Shown: positions 1 to 12,900 of the stretch, piece by piece
How positions within the stretch are numbered: the stretch's first letter is position 1
Layout: the number at the start of each line of letters is the position of its first letter
Assembly (NCBI GenBank): GCA_951406725.2
Contig: OX597814.1
Location: forward strand, 84,072,001-84,136,000
DNA length: 64,000 nucleotides
From: Octopus vulgaris
Taxonomy: Eukaryota
Reading direction: 5' to 3'
Notes under the pieces: model-generated
Told to the model about the DNA's origin: nothing
The model's input: only the letters and a program-made list of their open reading frames with translations
Databases searched by the model: none
Position numbers and translations under genes: made by a program

Positions 1-308
1 TGAGAAAATCCTATAGTTTGTAAGATATTTGTTGTTGTTTTCTTCAATTTCTGCAATTTCAACCAATCACTGACGTCCATTGAGGTAAAAAACATTCTGT
101 GCCGTATGAATATGTCCCTCGTTTAAGAAACAGATTGGGTTTATTTACATTTGTGAAGAAAAAACGATACCCTTCCCCCCACCTCTAATCCTAACCCTAA
201 CCCTAAAATAGATTGAAATGCAATAGATCGATACTCGGGTCATGATTATGGGTGACAATTTCATATGACACCGCTAGAAAAAAACTGCCATTCAAACCGA
301 AAAGATCC
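1..308. mobile_element. Terminal part of a non-autonomous DNA transposon/MITE with subterminal CCCTAA repeats
   Basis: Short (CCCTAA)n-like run at ~183-205 inside a segment ending ...CAAACCGAAAAGATCC, which looks like a TIR end. The other end is outside the window. Confidence 0.4.
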
Positions 309-1022
309 TGATATACCGGTGATCAATTAGGACCACTACATCATCTTGTCTCTGTTCAGACGCTCCTTAACTGAACAAAGATCTATAATGTTATTCTGTT
401 CATCACATGTGTTCGGAAGTTACGCTCTCAAAAGGAAATTAATTGTTGGGTAACCGCAATTGTTATTCTTATCTATTGTAATCAGACAGTAAGACATCAA
501 AAGAAAGAAGTGAGAAAGAGTGTTAGTGGGGAGATGAGGAAAAGTTAACGAGAGAGAAAGAGAGAGATGTGAGAAGGGGAGAGAGAGAGAGATGAAGGAA
601 TGGGAGAAGAAGAGAGGGAAGGAGACAGAAAGTGGTGGCAGGAGAAAGAAATAAAACGACAAGGAGTAATACTTAATATTTATTGTTACTGAATCCTAAT
701 TTTTCACTAACCTCAATCCGTTGTCTAGCTCATTATCATAAAAGTATTTAACATAATGAACACAATCTTTATATTGTCTAGCTCATTATCATAAAATCCT
801 TTAGCATAATAAGAGAATACTATGGAGATATAAATTTATGCGTCAAATTAAATATAAGAACATTTATAAAACGTAGAATTTCCGGATCTCGCAATTAAAT
901 TTAAATCTTTGATCGAATATCCTCATACATCTATGTTGAGCTATACTGTAAAATATTTTGGGGTGTAGAAATAGAAGTTCACTGTTTTGTTCTGTAGAAA
1001 TATTATTTACAAATTATTTACA

Positions 1023-1780
<758 letters not shown>

Positions 1781-2171
1781 ATTCTGTAGTGTAGAAGTAT
1801 ATTTGTATTGTGAGTACTATAAAAGTACACCCGTCTTGTATTATTACAGTCTAATATAGAAACACATTTCTACATAGTTATCCAATAGATATACATCTGC
1901 ACTACATGAATAAGAGAAATTATCCACACTGCTTTGTAGCAAACAAATATGTACTATAACAACGAAGAAATATATCTATATTTTATTGTTGTGTAGAAAT
2001 ACATCTACACTTTGCCATAGTATAAAAATACATCTGTATTTTGTTGTAGAAATACATTTGTACTGTGATACCTTGAAGAAATACATGTTTCTCAACCACA
2101 TGGTTCTGTGTACAGTCCCTCTGCGTGGCAATTTTAACGCAGCTTTGCGACGGAAACTAGAAGAAATCCAC

Positions 2172-2270
<99 letters not shown>

Positions 2271-2399
2271 GAAGAAGAAGAAGAAGAAAGAGGAGGAGGA
2301 GGAGGAGGAGAAGAAGAAGAAGAAGAAGAAGAAGAAGAAGAAGAAGAAGAAGAAGAAGAAGAAGAAGAAGAAGAAGAAGGCGCAAGAAGACTGAACATA

Positions 2400-4610
2400 G
2401 AGACAACATGATCGATGGTTTCATTTTGTTATTTACATACATGATATGTTGAGATACTGCCATTCTTTAATATATTGGCCTGGTAGCTCCTTGTAGGTAG
2501 GCATTGATCTTAGGCTGCTATGATAAACTCTTCTGTCTCTGATTTTAAGCCAGAAGACTCTAACCATTGATGGGTAAGGGCTTTGTCAACATCGGCATCA
2601 TTAGCTCTTTTTGGATGTTTGTCATTGAGTGGTTTTTCTACCATTTATCAGTAAGAATATCTAAAGCAGCAGTTTTAACATGGGTTTTCATACGCTTAGC
2701 TTTTTCTGTGCTTGTTTCCAGTACGTCTAATACTGGAATTTGTTGTATTTGGAATTCATTCAGTTATTTCTTTGCCTGTTTTGTTACTGAGTATGATGCT
2801 TTCTTGTTTTTGTGCTTTTAGACAAGTTTTAACATCCGGTCATCAGAGTTTTTCAGGTAGGTGTTTAGACCAATTGTGGCAATTTTCATTGTAAATTCCA
2901 GATGTAAAAGTATACGGCCACTCTCTTTTCTTGGCAAGTAAAGCCGTTCTATATCTACCTTAGTGTGGTGAATTCTATGTTTTATCAACAATTTTCGTAT
3001 TTTTTGTCAAGATTACATATTTCAGTAATTGACCAGTTACTAATATTGAAACTGTAAGTCACGACCGGTATGGCTAAAATACTGAGGGCTTCGATCCTGT
3101 TTCTTGCATTCAGCTCTGTCTTGAGTATTGCCCTTACTCTGCGATATTCTTTTCTGAGCTTTTCCCTCAACATTCAATGTTTGATTCCATTACCTTCAAA
3201 TACCCCTAGGTATTTGTAGCTCTCCGTTGGTTCTAACTTCTTTATGACATTCTGATAGTCAAGATTAACGTTGGATGTTTCTATTATTTTTCCTTTGATA
3301 AAGGTTGCTTTTGCACATTTATCGAGGCCAAATTGCATCCTGTTATCATCACTAAATTGTTTAACAATTGCTAGTAAGCCCTGTACTTGTTGGTAATTTT
3401 TTGCAAAGAGCTTTAAATCATCCATGTAAAAGCGATTATTTATATTTTTATGAAATATCTTATAGCCATATTGTACATCATCGAGCAATTTCAAGCGAGC
3501 TATTAAGGCTAGATAAAAGAGGAGTGGTGATAGAGTCACCCTGGAAAATGCCACATGAATTTTTTACGAGTCTAAAAGCTGCAGCGGGCCCGCCAATTTT
3601 AATTCTCCATCATTGAAAGATTCATTGTCACCGTTCAAAGTCAGTGTGGTTCTCTACGATTTCATACTTACAGATAAGAAGTTTCGCATAGTAGGTGCTA
3701 TTTTATAAATTTCCAGACATTTCTTAATCCAGCTTTGTGGTAGACTATCAAAATATTTTCTATAGTCTCATCCAGGCTATCAACAAGTTCCTGTGTTGTT
3801 TGTGACAATCTTCTAAAATCGTCTTATTGATGAGTAGCTGATCTTTACAACTATAGGACCCACGTTTACATCCTTTTTGCTCATTAGGGAAGATGCCACC
3901 TTCTATTAACTTCTATTAAAGAACTATAGGTGTACTCAGTAAAGACAGATGTTAGTATTTTGTACATTGATTTTAAGCAGGTTATGTGTCTATAATTTTT
4001 TGGTTCATTCGTTTCTTCATTTTTTTGAAGTAGAAATGTAACACCATTAACTAGCCAAGAGGGAATCGTACTAGGTTGTTGCAAAACATTATTGTAAAGT
4101 TTTGTTAGCAGTTCATGACTCTCTGGAAAGACTTTCAACCAGAAGTTAGGAATGTTATCATTTCCTGGAGACACCCATTCCTGGAGACACATCCTCTACC
4201 TTGATACCCTCCCACTTTTGCTCTTCTAAGGAGTCTAAGTCAGTAGATATTCTATCAATCCAATATTGAGTGTTTTTTCTTCTGCCCAAATTATATTCCA
4301 AAATTTCTGCACTTCTCTTGATGGGACAGACTTTGCTGTAACTGGTATTTTCCCTCTCTTCCTGTAAAAATTTTAGGGTTATTTTTGAAGAAGTTGTCCC
4401 AGAGGAATCTAACGAGCTTTTCATACCTTGCTATGCAGACAGCTTTAGCACATACCTTTTGCTTGATATTTTCTATGGTGGTATCGATGTCAAGAATAGT
4501 CTTCATATATTTTTTTCTTTAATTTTCAGATTTTTGTTGGTTTGGTAGTCTTGTCAAACTTAAGATTTTTTAAACATTCTATGTCAGACCTAAGTAACTC
4601 TTCCAATTTT
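2400..4610 (-). mobile_element. Degenerate non-LTR retrotransposon, R4/Dong-like clade, reverse transcriptase region
   Basis: Frameshifted ORFs contain SPGNDNIPNFWLK, NYRHITCL, LSPLLF, FYMDDLKLFAK, FGLDKCA, YKYLG and ELNARNRIEAL...AIPVVTYSF, which are R4/Dong RT motifs. Confidence 0.85.
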
Positions 4611-4785
4611 TTCGAGGCTTAGCGGACCCTAAAAGGAAAAAAAATCAGAGAAGACAAACAAAGCAAAATGACCTTGTATAAAATAATTTTTCATGCGATA
4701 AAATTTTACTGGTAAAATACAAAATTTCAATGAGGGGGGTGAACTTTTTGGGTTTGTAATATGTCCTCACTATTAGGCTGTGTTT

Positions 4786-6544
4786 TTATAATGCGACCCT
4801 CATGTCATACGCAACATCCAGTTTATTGCGAGCCTTTGTTTTAATTGCGAGTAAAGTTGCAAAAGCCGTCTCACATTCGTACATTGTTGCGAATGGAACG
4901 ATGAATTTGAGGGCCAATTTGGCAACATCTGGATAGGACTGCGTCATTTCTATCCAGAATTCACTGCAACACATGTTACGGAAGGCGTTTTTTGCACCGC
5001 CATCAATCAGCATGTCGATGAACTGTTCTTGAATGATGTAATCTTCTGACGGAAGGTCAACAACAGAGATTGCAAAGGGATTGGTGATGAAATGGTGAAC
5101 TTTTTTGAGGGTTTGTAGGTCGGGGAAGTATCTTTGAATTTCAGCGTGAAGAATTAAGACATGCTGTTTCATTATGTCGAGGATGTCAACATCAACTCGA
5201 AGGCTATCTTTATCAAGGAAAGTATTAAGGTTCGGAAATGGTGCAAGATTCTCACATTCCAATTTAGAATGTCACAAATGGAGCTTCATTTTAAATGCAG
5301 TCATTTTTCATGACAACGGTGATGTCCTTTCCTTGTAGTGCTAAGTTAACAGAATTAACTAATTTTAAAATATCGGCCAAAAAGGAGAGACATATAAAGG
5401 ACCGAGTATTGGAGAATAGTCTGTGCAGTTCTTTTTTGGCACCATGAAGAATTTTAGCACCATAAAGAAATTCGTGTATCTCCTTTCGTAGAACGAAGAC
5501 GCTTTTCAGTACTCTTTCCTAGGATAACCACGTTACTTGCGAGTACAGTAAAAGCGTTTCAAAATTGGAGCCATTATCCTAGTACAATTCAGTAAAAAGA
5601 CGCGAGTTTAGAGAATTGGCTTTGATAAAATTTACCGCTTTGACTACATCATTCAAAACATTCTTCAAATGGTCGGGTATTGTTTTAACCATCAATACTT
5701 GGCGATGTAGTGTACAATGCGTACCAATTGCGTTAGGAGACTTCTCCTTCACCATTGTCTGAAAGTCAGAGCGGCAACTAAGCATTGCTGGAGGACCGTC
5801 GGTGCACACCCCACCAACGTACTCCCAATTTATGCCATGTGTGTTAAAGAATTGATCGACTTTCTGGAATATATTGTTTGCAGTGGTTCGGGTTGAGGGT
5901 TTCGCAAAAAAGGAATTCATCTTCCAGGCGCTTGTTATGCACGTAACGTACATAAACACAAAGTTGTGCTAAATCCGCTACATCAGTGGTTTCATCAATT
6001 TGGATAGCGATATAGTTAAACTTTGATGTTTTTATCTTTGAGGTGACCTAAGACAAAATATTATCAGACATCTCAGCGATTCGTCGACTGACGGTGTTGT
6101 TGAAAAGTGAAACATGTTTAAGCTTCTGTAGTTCGAATGTTCTGAGCAAGATTGAGATTATATCTTTGCAGCAAGGAAGAGCTAACTGCTCTCCAATATT
6201 ATGAGGTTTTTGCAGCAGCAATTTTCTTTGAATCCTCGTTGGAGGCTTTCAGATCAGCCGTAACGTCTTGCATACGCATTCCTGTGTCATCAAGCCTGGA
6301 TTTGACCAATTTGTCATTTTGGCATCTGAAAAATTCCTCGTCTTTGGTGACTGCACTAGGGTGTTTCGTTTCCAAATGCCTCTTTAGCCTGCTGAGCTTC
6401 AGTGAAGAAAGCTGCCAATACCTCAGAGCACAGAACACACTGTGGTTTTTCTACTCCACCAGCAGTAAGCACAGTCAAACCGAAGCTCAAATATGACTCG
6501 TCATATCTCCTTTTCTTTGTGAAAGACATTCTACAAATAAACAT
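4786..6544 (-). pseudogene. Disrupted hAT transposase (BED zinc finger, DDE domain, C-terminal dimerisation domain)
   Basis: KRRYDESYLSFG...PQCVLCSEVL, KLSRLKRHLETKH, VCTDGPPAML, THCTLHRQVL, VKAVNFIKANSLNSRLF, YPDVAKLALKFIVPFATMYECETAF...KTKARNKLDV. Split by frameshifts and stops. Confidence 0.9.
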
Positions 6545-6639
6545 AATAATATATAAATGTTGTGTTGTAAATGCACAGAATTTTGTACTATTTCAGTCTG
6601 TTGAGAAAACTCTATTACATTTATCAGTATAAATATATA

Positions 6640-6735
<96 letters not shown>

Positions 6736-6799
6736 ATAGTAATGGTAAGACAACAAAAGAAAGAAAGAGACCTCGATATTATGTAAATAGAGGAATTTA

Positions 6800-7321
6800 T
6801 CTGTAAATATAATATGTGGAAATTATTCGGGGCGGAAACCCGCACCGGCATCTCTTCAGTTACTGAGGCAAAACAAAATATGCTATGAAAATGACCGCTA
6901 AACAAAGGGAAACTACTATGTAATTGACCGTTATTAAAATAAAAGAGCTATTACAATGACTGTTAAAAAGGGAAAAACCGAAGGGGAGGGAGTGAAAAGT
7001 AAAGGAGTAAAAATGCTCATAGCAAACACGTATGCACACATGTGTATGTATGGACATGCGTGCATACGCGTTTGCTATGAGCTTTTACTTTTCACTCCCT
7101 CCCCTTCGGTTTTTCCCCTTATTCAACGGTCATTCTAATAGCTCTTTTGTCTTAATAAAGGTCAATCACATAGTAGTTTCCCTTTGTTTAACGGTCATTT
7201 TTATAGCATATTTTGTTTTGCCTCGATAACTGAAGAGATGCTGGTGTGGGTTTCCGCCCCGACATCCGAAACTCGGAGATTTATCATGGCGACCGAATAA
7301 TTGTCACATATTATTTTTACA

Positions 7322-7323
<2 letters not shown>
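6800..7323. repeat. Imperfect fold-back inverted repeat (Penelope-like pLTR pair) between (TA)n tracts
   Basis: 6827-7040 is the reverse complement of 7055-7262. The outer segments 6800-6830 and 7291-7323 also pair. Flanked by (TA)n at 6642-6733 and 7324-7382. Confidence 0.85.
7220..7290 (+). ncRNA. Degenerate type I hammerhead ribozyme motif
   Basis: Stem I GCC..GATAA/TTATC..GGC, core CTGAAGA (7230-7236), long stem II GATG...CCGCCCCGACATC, then CGAAAC TC-G-GAG. The U of the cleavage triplet appears to be replaced by A. Confidence 0.5.
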
Positions 7324-7386
<63 letters not shown>

Positions 7387-7672
7387 AGATATTTTTCAAA
7401 GCACGGTAAGTTCTTATTCATGCAGAAGTTACTTCGAAATTGGTTAATTTTGTTTTGCTTCAATATCCTCATTTTCTTACCATTATAATGCTTCGTAGCT
7501 ACTTCAAAAAAGTTCAACTAAAAGTCGCTAGGTACTTTATGTAGAACGGAAAGAACTTACGATGATAAATATGTCGAAAATATAGGCGTTCGTAAATGTG
7601 TGATGGTGAAAACGAATCGCAACCTCTTCATAAACCACTCTTGCGTACTATGTCAGCCGGTGTTACGGCCGC

Positions 7673-8357
7673 TGTAACAGCCCAGAATACATCCCTGTCC
7701 AGACTATACTCGGGGTTAGTCGGGACTAGCCCAGACTATACCCACTCCAGACAGCCAGTCCAGAATTTGCCCCTGTCCAGAATATACCCCATGCTTGCGG
7801 ACAAATAACACAGATGTACCTCACTTATAAAAGTTGCCTCAGAACATATAGAAAAATTTGATATCAATCGATGAAGAATTAAAAGTTACATGTAAATTTC
7901 GATTTAAAGATAGGAATTTAGAATTATCAAATGCAATTATTCAGTGTACCAATATAAACCCAATGTATAGGTAGATTGGAAAAAAATTGACGACTCGCGC
8001 ATGCTGAACAGCGCACTTGTACTATGAGTCATAGCCTAGACTCGCGCATATGTGGCCATTCGTTTTGGGTTTATATTGGTACATTTTAAAGAATTTTGCA
8101 TTTGATCATTCTAAATTGCTATGTTTAAATCGAAATTTACCTGTAACTTTTAATTCTTTATCGAGTGATATCAAATTTTATACATGTTCTGAAGCAACTT
8201 TTATATGTGAGGTACATCTGTGTTATTTGTCGGCAAGCATGGGATATAGTCTGGACAGGGGTATATTATGGCCTGGTTGTCTGGAGGGATATAGTCAGGG
8301 CTAGCCCAGACTAGTCCCGGGTATAGTCTGGGCAGGAGTATATTCTGGGCTGTTACA
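7673..8357. mobile_element. Fold-back MITE with ~290-bp terminal inverted repeats, nested in the hAT element
   Basis: TGTAACAGCCCAGAATA...AAACCCAA (7673-7963) pairs with TTGGGTTT...TATTCTGGGCTGTTACA (8065-8357). CCAGACTATA subterminal repeats; ~100-bp spacer. Confidence 0.85.
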
Positions 8358-8815
8358 CCGCCAATTTTCAATCCTGTTTAGACTTGTTGCACCCATACCC
8401 CTGCACCGATCGATAAAACCGCAGAGACACTCCTGCATTCAAGTGCGTGTACGCCCTGCGCACGTGGGCTCAAATGCATTCTATCTGTAAGGTTTTTCTT
8501 AACACGTAAATTAAGGGTCCTGTGTAATGCGTGCATGTTCAATAGTTCCAATTTTAGCTAAAACCGGAAAACCTAGGGTTTTGAACATTAAAAGTCTGAA
8601 AATTTGCGACTCCTTCGCGGACCCAACCCTAAAATCGCTTCGCAGACCCCCAGGGGTCCGCGGATCCCAGTTTAGGAACGAAGACTTTACATAAATTTGA
8701 AATCTTCCAGAGTAAAATTTGCTTTTAATACTTTTGGTGCCTCTGTAATCGATTGTTTCTTCTTCATAAAATTCCTGGCCATGTGTCTGTGTTAGAAATC
8801 ACTATTATTATTACC

Positions 8816-9015
8816 CGAGCTGTCAGAATCGTTAGCATGCTGGACAAAATACTTACCGGCATTTCGTCCGCCCCTAAGTTCTGAGTTCAAATTCCGCCGA
8901 GGTTGACCTTGCCTTTTATCCTTTCGCAGAAGTACCAGTTGAGCATTGGGGTCGTTGTAATCGAGTTACCCTCTTCCTCAAAATTGCTGGCCTTGTGTCA
9001 AAATCTGAAACCATT
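8816..9015 (+). mobile_element. SINE family B
   Basis: CGAGCTGTCAGAATCGTTAGC...GTTCTGAGTTCAAATTCCGCCGAGG...GGCCTTGTG matches copies at 52805 and 59730. Confidence 0.75.
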
Positions 9016-10187
9016 ACAACTTGGAGGTGTGACGAGGAGGCATTACTGGTTTAGGACTGACTCTACAGTCACGATAATGCAGTCACCCAAGTCTATCCGT
9101 GATGTGTGCTGAGTGAAGAAACTACTGTACACGCACTCGTTCCGTGTTCGAACATTGCTAACTTTTTGGTGCTTTATCAAACAGCTATTGTCATTTCTAG
9201 AATGAATTTGGTTATATGCCGAGATGATAATCAGAATTGCCATTTTGTATTATTTTGGTAATGAAAGACAAGTGCGTTTCTTCAGTTTATTGATCATGGC
9301 GAAAAGCATTCAACGATAAACGAAACTTAAAGAGTGAAGACTGGCACTTTCCCATTCGATGAAACCCCTCATCAATTTGTTCAAGCTCCACTTAAGGAGG
9401 ACAGTTAAGCTAGGGAATAATAGACCGCTCTTAACTTGTGCCAGTAAACGAGAAGTCACAACTGGGAGAGGGCACAAGTCCTTGTTATTTAGAATAGTTG
9501 AGTGTCTGTAAGCCTTTTGATTGCTATTAGCTGACTGTCCTGTAATGAGCCATCTCATTTTATTCTTTTATTTACTGCTTTTTTCAGGCTTGTTTTTTTC
9601 CCGAAATCGATTCCTCGTAAACGTCGCTGTCTTTGTAAATTGTCTCTGTAACGTTTCCTCATCCGCAACCCTTGTGGCAAATAAAATACTTTTTAAATTA
9701 CAAAAGCAGCTCTAATAATGTAAACATTATCAGTCGCATAAATGTACGTGTGTTTTGTTTATATGCACGTACGTATGTGTTTTGTTTATACGCCCATTTG
9801 CTGCGAGATGACATCCTGTGAAGGATCCCTATACGACATAATGTTACCGATGTGCCGCAATAATGACAAAATATCGATATTTAACATTCTTGATTATCTC
9901 GAGGCGAGTTATCTAGCCTGGTCTGGGCATTCAGTTATTTTTAACACTCTGCCTCATGCAGGGAGCTTTCAAAGGGCGCTATCCGCAACAAATGGCGTAT
10001 AAACTAAACACACACACTTTATATGTGCGACCGATAATATGTTTTACCTATTGGCACAAGGTCATGTTTTTGTAGGGAAGAGTACACTCAAGTCAGACCT
10101 ACTCAGTACGTGAATGGTATGTATTTAGTTTTTTTTTTAAATGGACGGATAAAAGACAAATTTGGACGTAAATCAGTATAGCATGGA

Positions 10188-10455
10188 ATTTTGCTCCGTG
10201 GTATATCATTTCTGTTACTTATCCGGTAAGAACAGTAAGATATTTTGTTCAGTAGTATATTATCATTTCTGCTTTCCGCTTGGCAAGAATAGAGAGAGAT
10301 TTTTTGCTGAGCTATATATCATTTCTGCCACCCACCTGGAAGAATATAGAAAGCTTTTTGCCCTGTGGAATATCATTTATGCTTTCTTCCTGGCAGAATA
10401 CTGCTAGATGTTTTGTTCAGTAGTATATCATTTCTGCTATCCTCCTGTCAGAATA
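10188..10455. repeat. Degenerate minisatellite, about 5 units of ~54 bp
   Basis: Repeated core TTTTG.TC.GT.GTATATCATTTCTGC...CCTGGCAGAATA. Confidence 0.7.
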
Positions 10456-10966
10456 TCAGCTCGTAATCTGCTGTCCTAAACTTGCACCGGGAGGCCAGAG
10501 GACACAGCTAAGAGAGGGCCATCAACTTGGACTTTACTCAAATGACAAAAATTTTGTACTGGGATATTTCTCCCAACACTTCTCCATGTAACAAAAACAA
10601 CAACAACAATGTAAAATAGATAAATAAAAACATCACTTTCAATTAATTTTTGTAATTTTTGTTTCTTTTTATTTGGCTTAAATTTGAAAAAAAAAACAAA
10701 ACAAAATAAAAAGGAACATATTTATACAACTAACGTGTAAACCCAACAACAAAAAATAACATTAATATTAACATAATCATCATCTTCATCATCATCATCA
10801 TCATCATCGTCATCATCATCATTATCATCATGATCATCACCATCATCATCTATATCATCATCATCATCATCATAAACAACAGCAACAACAACCGTAACAG
10901 ACTATTTTGTTTTGTTTGTTTTGCTGTTGTGCTTTTTTTTTTATCTCTCTTCTATTTTTATTACAG

Positions 10967-11011
10967 GTAACCAAAGTCATTAAGCTGCGAGACGTTTTAA
11001 GATGTAGCTAA
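10967..11011 (+). CDS. Candidate terminal coding exon of an unidentified gene (VTKVIKLRDVLRCS*)
   Basis: Long polypyrimidine tract ending TTACAG at 10966, 14 protein-like codons to TAA, and AATAAA at 11041-11046. No homology recognised. Confidence 0.35.
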   Translation, partial: VTKVIKLRDVLRCS

Positions 11012-11502
11012 ATACGTAAATGCTGTGAACCTATCGATTAAATAAATGAAATGAAAAAGAGAAGAAAAAAAATGTAGAAATATATCACACACGTTCTAAT
11101 TTTCGAGATCTCCTGCAGGATGCCGGTCCGATAGCGAGAAGAAAAAAATGAGTATTATGAATTGAGTGTGTGTGTGTGTGAATGTGGATCGAAGAATATA
11201 ATATATTACTTTAAAAGAATTGATTAAGACTTATAAGGAATCTCCCTCAGTGAAATGTTTATAATATTCCTAACAATTCATTGAACATAATTGAATACTA
11301 TTGTAGACGATTACCTGAAAATGTCGACCATCCCACCATTTAGAAAGAAGTAGTCAAACCACTTATTTTACGTCTTTCTCTCCAGATGTCAACAATATGC
11401 GTTTGCGTATGTATGTATTATGTACATACATACACATAGAGAAAGATGAACGGGAATATACATGTGTGTGTAAACACAGATTTACATAAATTTGTATGTG
11501 TG

Positions 11503-11539
<37 letters not shown>

Positions 11540-12381
11540 CACACACACCTTTATTTTTACTTGTTTTATACATACATGTATGAATTTGTGTGTGTGTGTG
11601 TGCATATATACGTATGTATGAATTGTTTCATGTCAGTTGATTTTGAATTGCCCTAATTGATACACATACACACACGCACACAGACACACATACACGCTCA
11701 CGCACACATACACACACAAATACATACGTACTTGTACGTGAATGTCTGTGTGCTCATGTGCGTGTGTGTGTGTGCGTTTGTTTGTGTGAGATTGTTCGTT
11801 TACATGCGAGTGTATTCATGGGAATACATGTATATTGAGCCCTTTAAAACGTTAAAACTAACATATATATGAAAAAAAAACCCCAACGTAAATGAGAACG
11901 AAATGGGTGGATGAATTTTGGGTGGAGCTCAATACAGAACAAAGAATGAGAAATGTTAAAATATTCAAATAAATGCTCCTTTGTATAAATGAAAGTAGTA
12001 AGTGAACAAAGTAAAGATTCTATAATTGAGATAAGATTATTCTAATAAGTGTTGCGATCGTCTGCATTGTTTATTACCTATTTATTTATATAGGCATATA
12101 CATAGTTACAGGCACACATACATATTATTAAAGGAAATGGACACAAAATGAAGAAAACACGGCACAGGATGGACAAGCTTTAGTAAATGTATTAACTTTA
12201 TGTGTATATATATATATTATATGTATGTAAGAATGTCTGTATGTATACACACACAAACACACACATATATTTACATGTACGTATGAATATAGAATAAGAA
12301 AGTGAAAGAATTCGGAACATTTTCAGACGCATGAAATTTTTGTCGTGGAATTCATTTGAAAAGAATACATTTATACAAATA

Positions 12382-12434
<53 letters not shown>

Positions 12435-12744
12435 CCAAACATATACAGGCCCACTCATACATATTCTGCATACCTACACACAAAGACACTCAAAGACCAA
12501 GAGTTTCGTGTAGTGGCAATTGTTAAGTGCGAATGTACGAAACTCTCAGACCTTGACTGACTTTGTAATTTCTGCTGATTAAAGATTTTACACACGCGCG
12601 GGCGGGTATATATACACACACATGCACACACACACTCACACACACACACACACACAAACACATATATTACGTCATCGACGAGACCACTGGATGTTGTTAT
12701 ACATCGCTTGTCACAATGCGCTTTGCGTCGTTGCAACGTTTTCG

Positions 12745-12900
12745 AACGATGCCACTCCGCTGGGTTACCTATTTACAGCTGAGTGGACTGGAGCAACGTG
12801 AGATGAAGTGTTTTGCTCAAGAACACAGTGCACCGCCCGATCAGTGAATCGATCTAGCAACCGTGAGTGCAACACCCTAACCATTAAACTACGCGCCTTC
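12745..12900 (-). mobile_element. SINE family C copy
   Basis: Reverse complement of GGCGCGT...GTGGTTAG...TTCTTGAGCAAAACACTTCAT...GTTGCTCCAGTCCACTCAGCTG, as in 54470-54715. Confidence 0.7.

Larger units (their letters stand above)
4612..8688 (-). mobile_element. hAT DNA transposon (Buster/Charlie, ZBED8/SCAND3-like) carrying nested insertions
   Basis: The minus-strand 5' end reads ...TTCCTAAACTGGGATCCGCGGACCCC, a Charlie-like terminus. GCGGACCC subterminal motifs occur at both ends (4622, 8617-8668). Confidence 0.7.

Noticed and set aside
183-205. CCCTAA telomere-like repeats
   Set aside because: Only about 3 units, inside a transposon-like segment; not a telomere.
10188-10455. CRISPR-like repeat/spacer appearance
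   Set aside because: Eukaryotic context, the 'spacers' are homologous to each other, and there are no cas genes.
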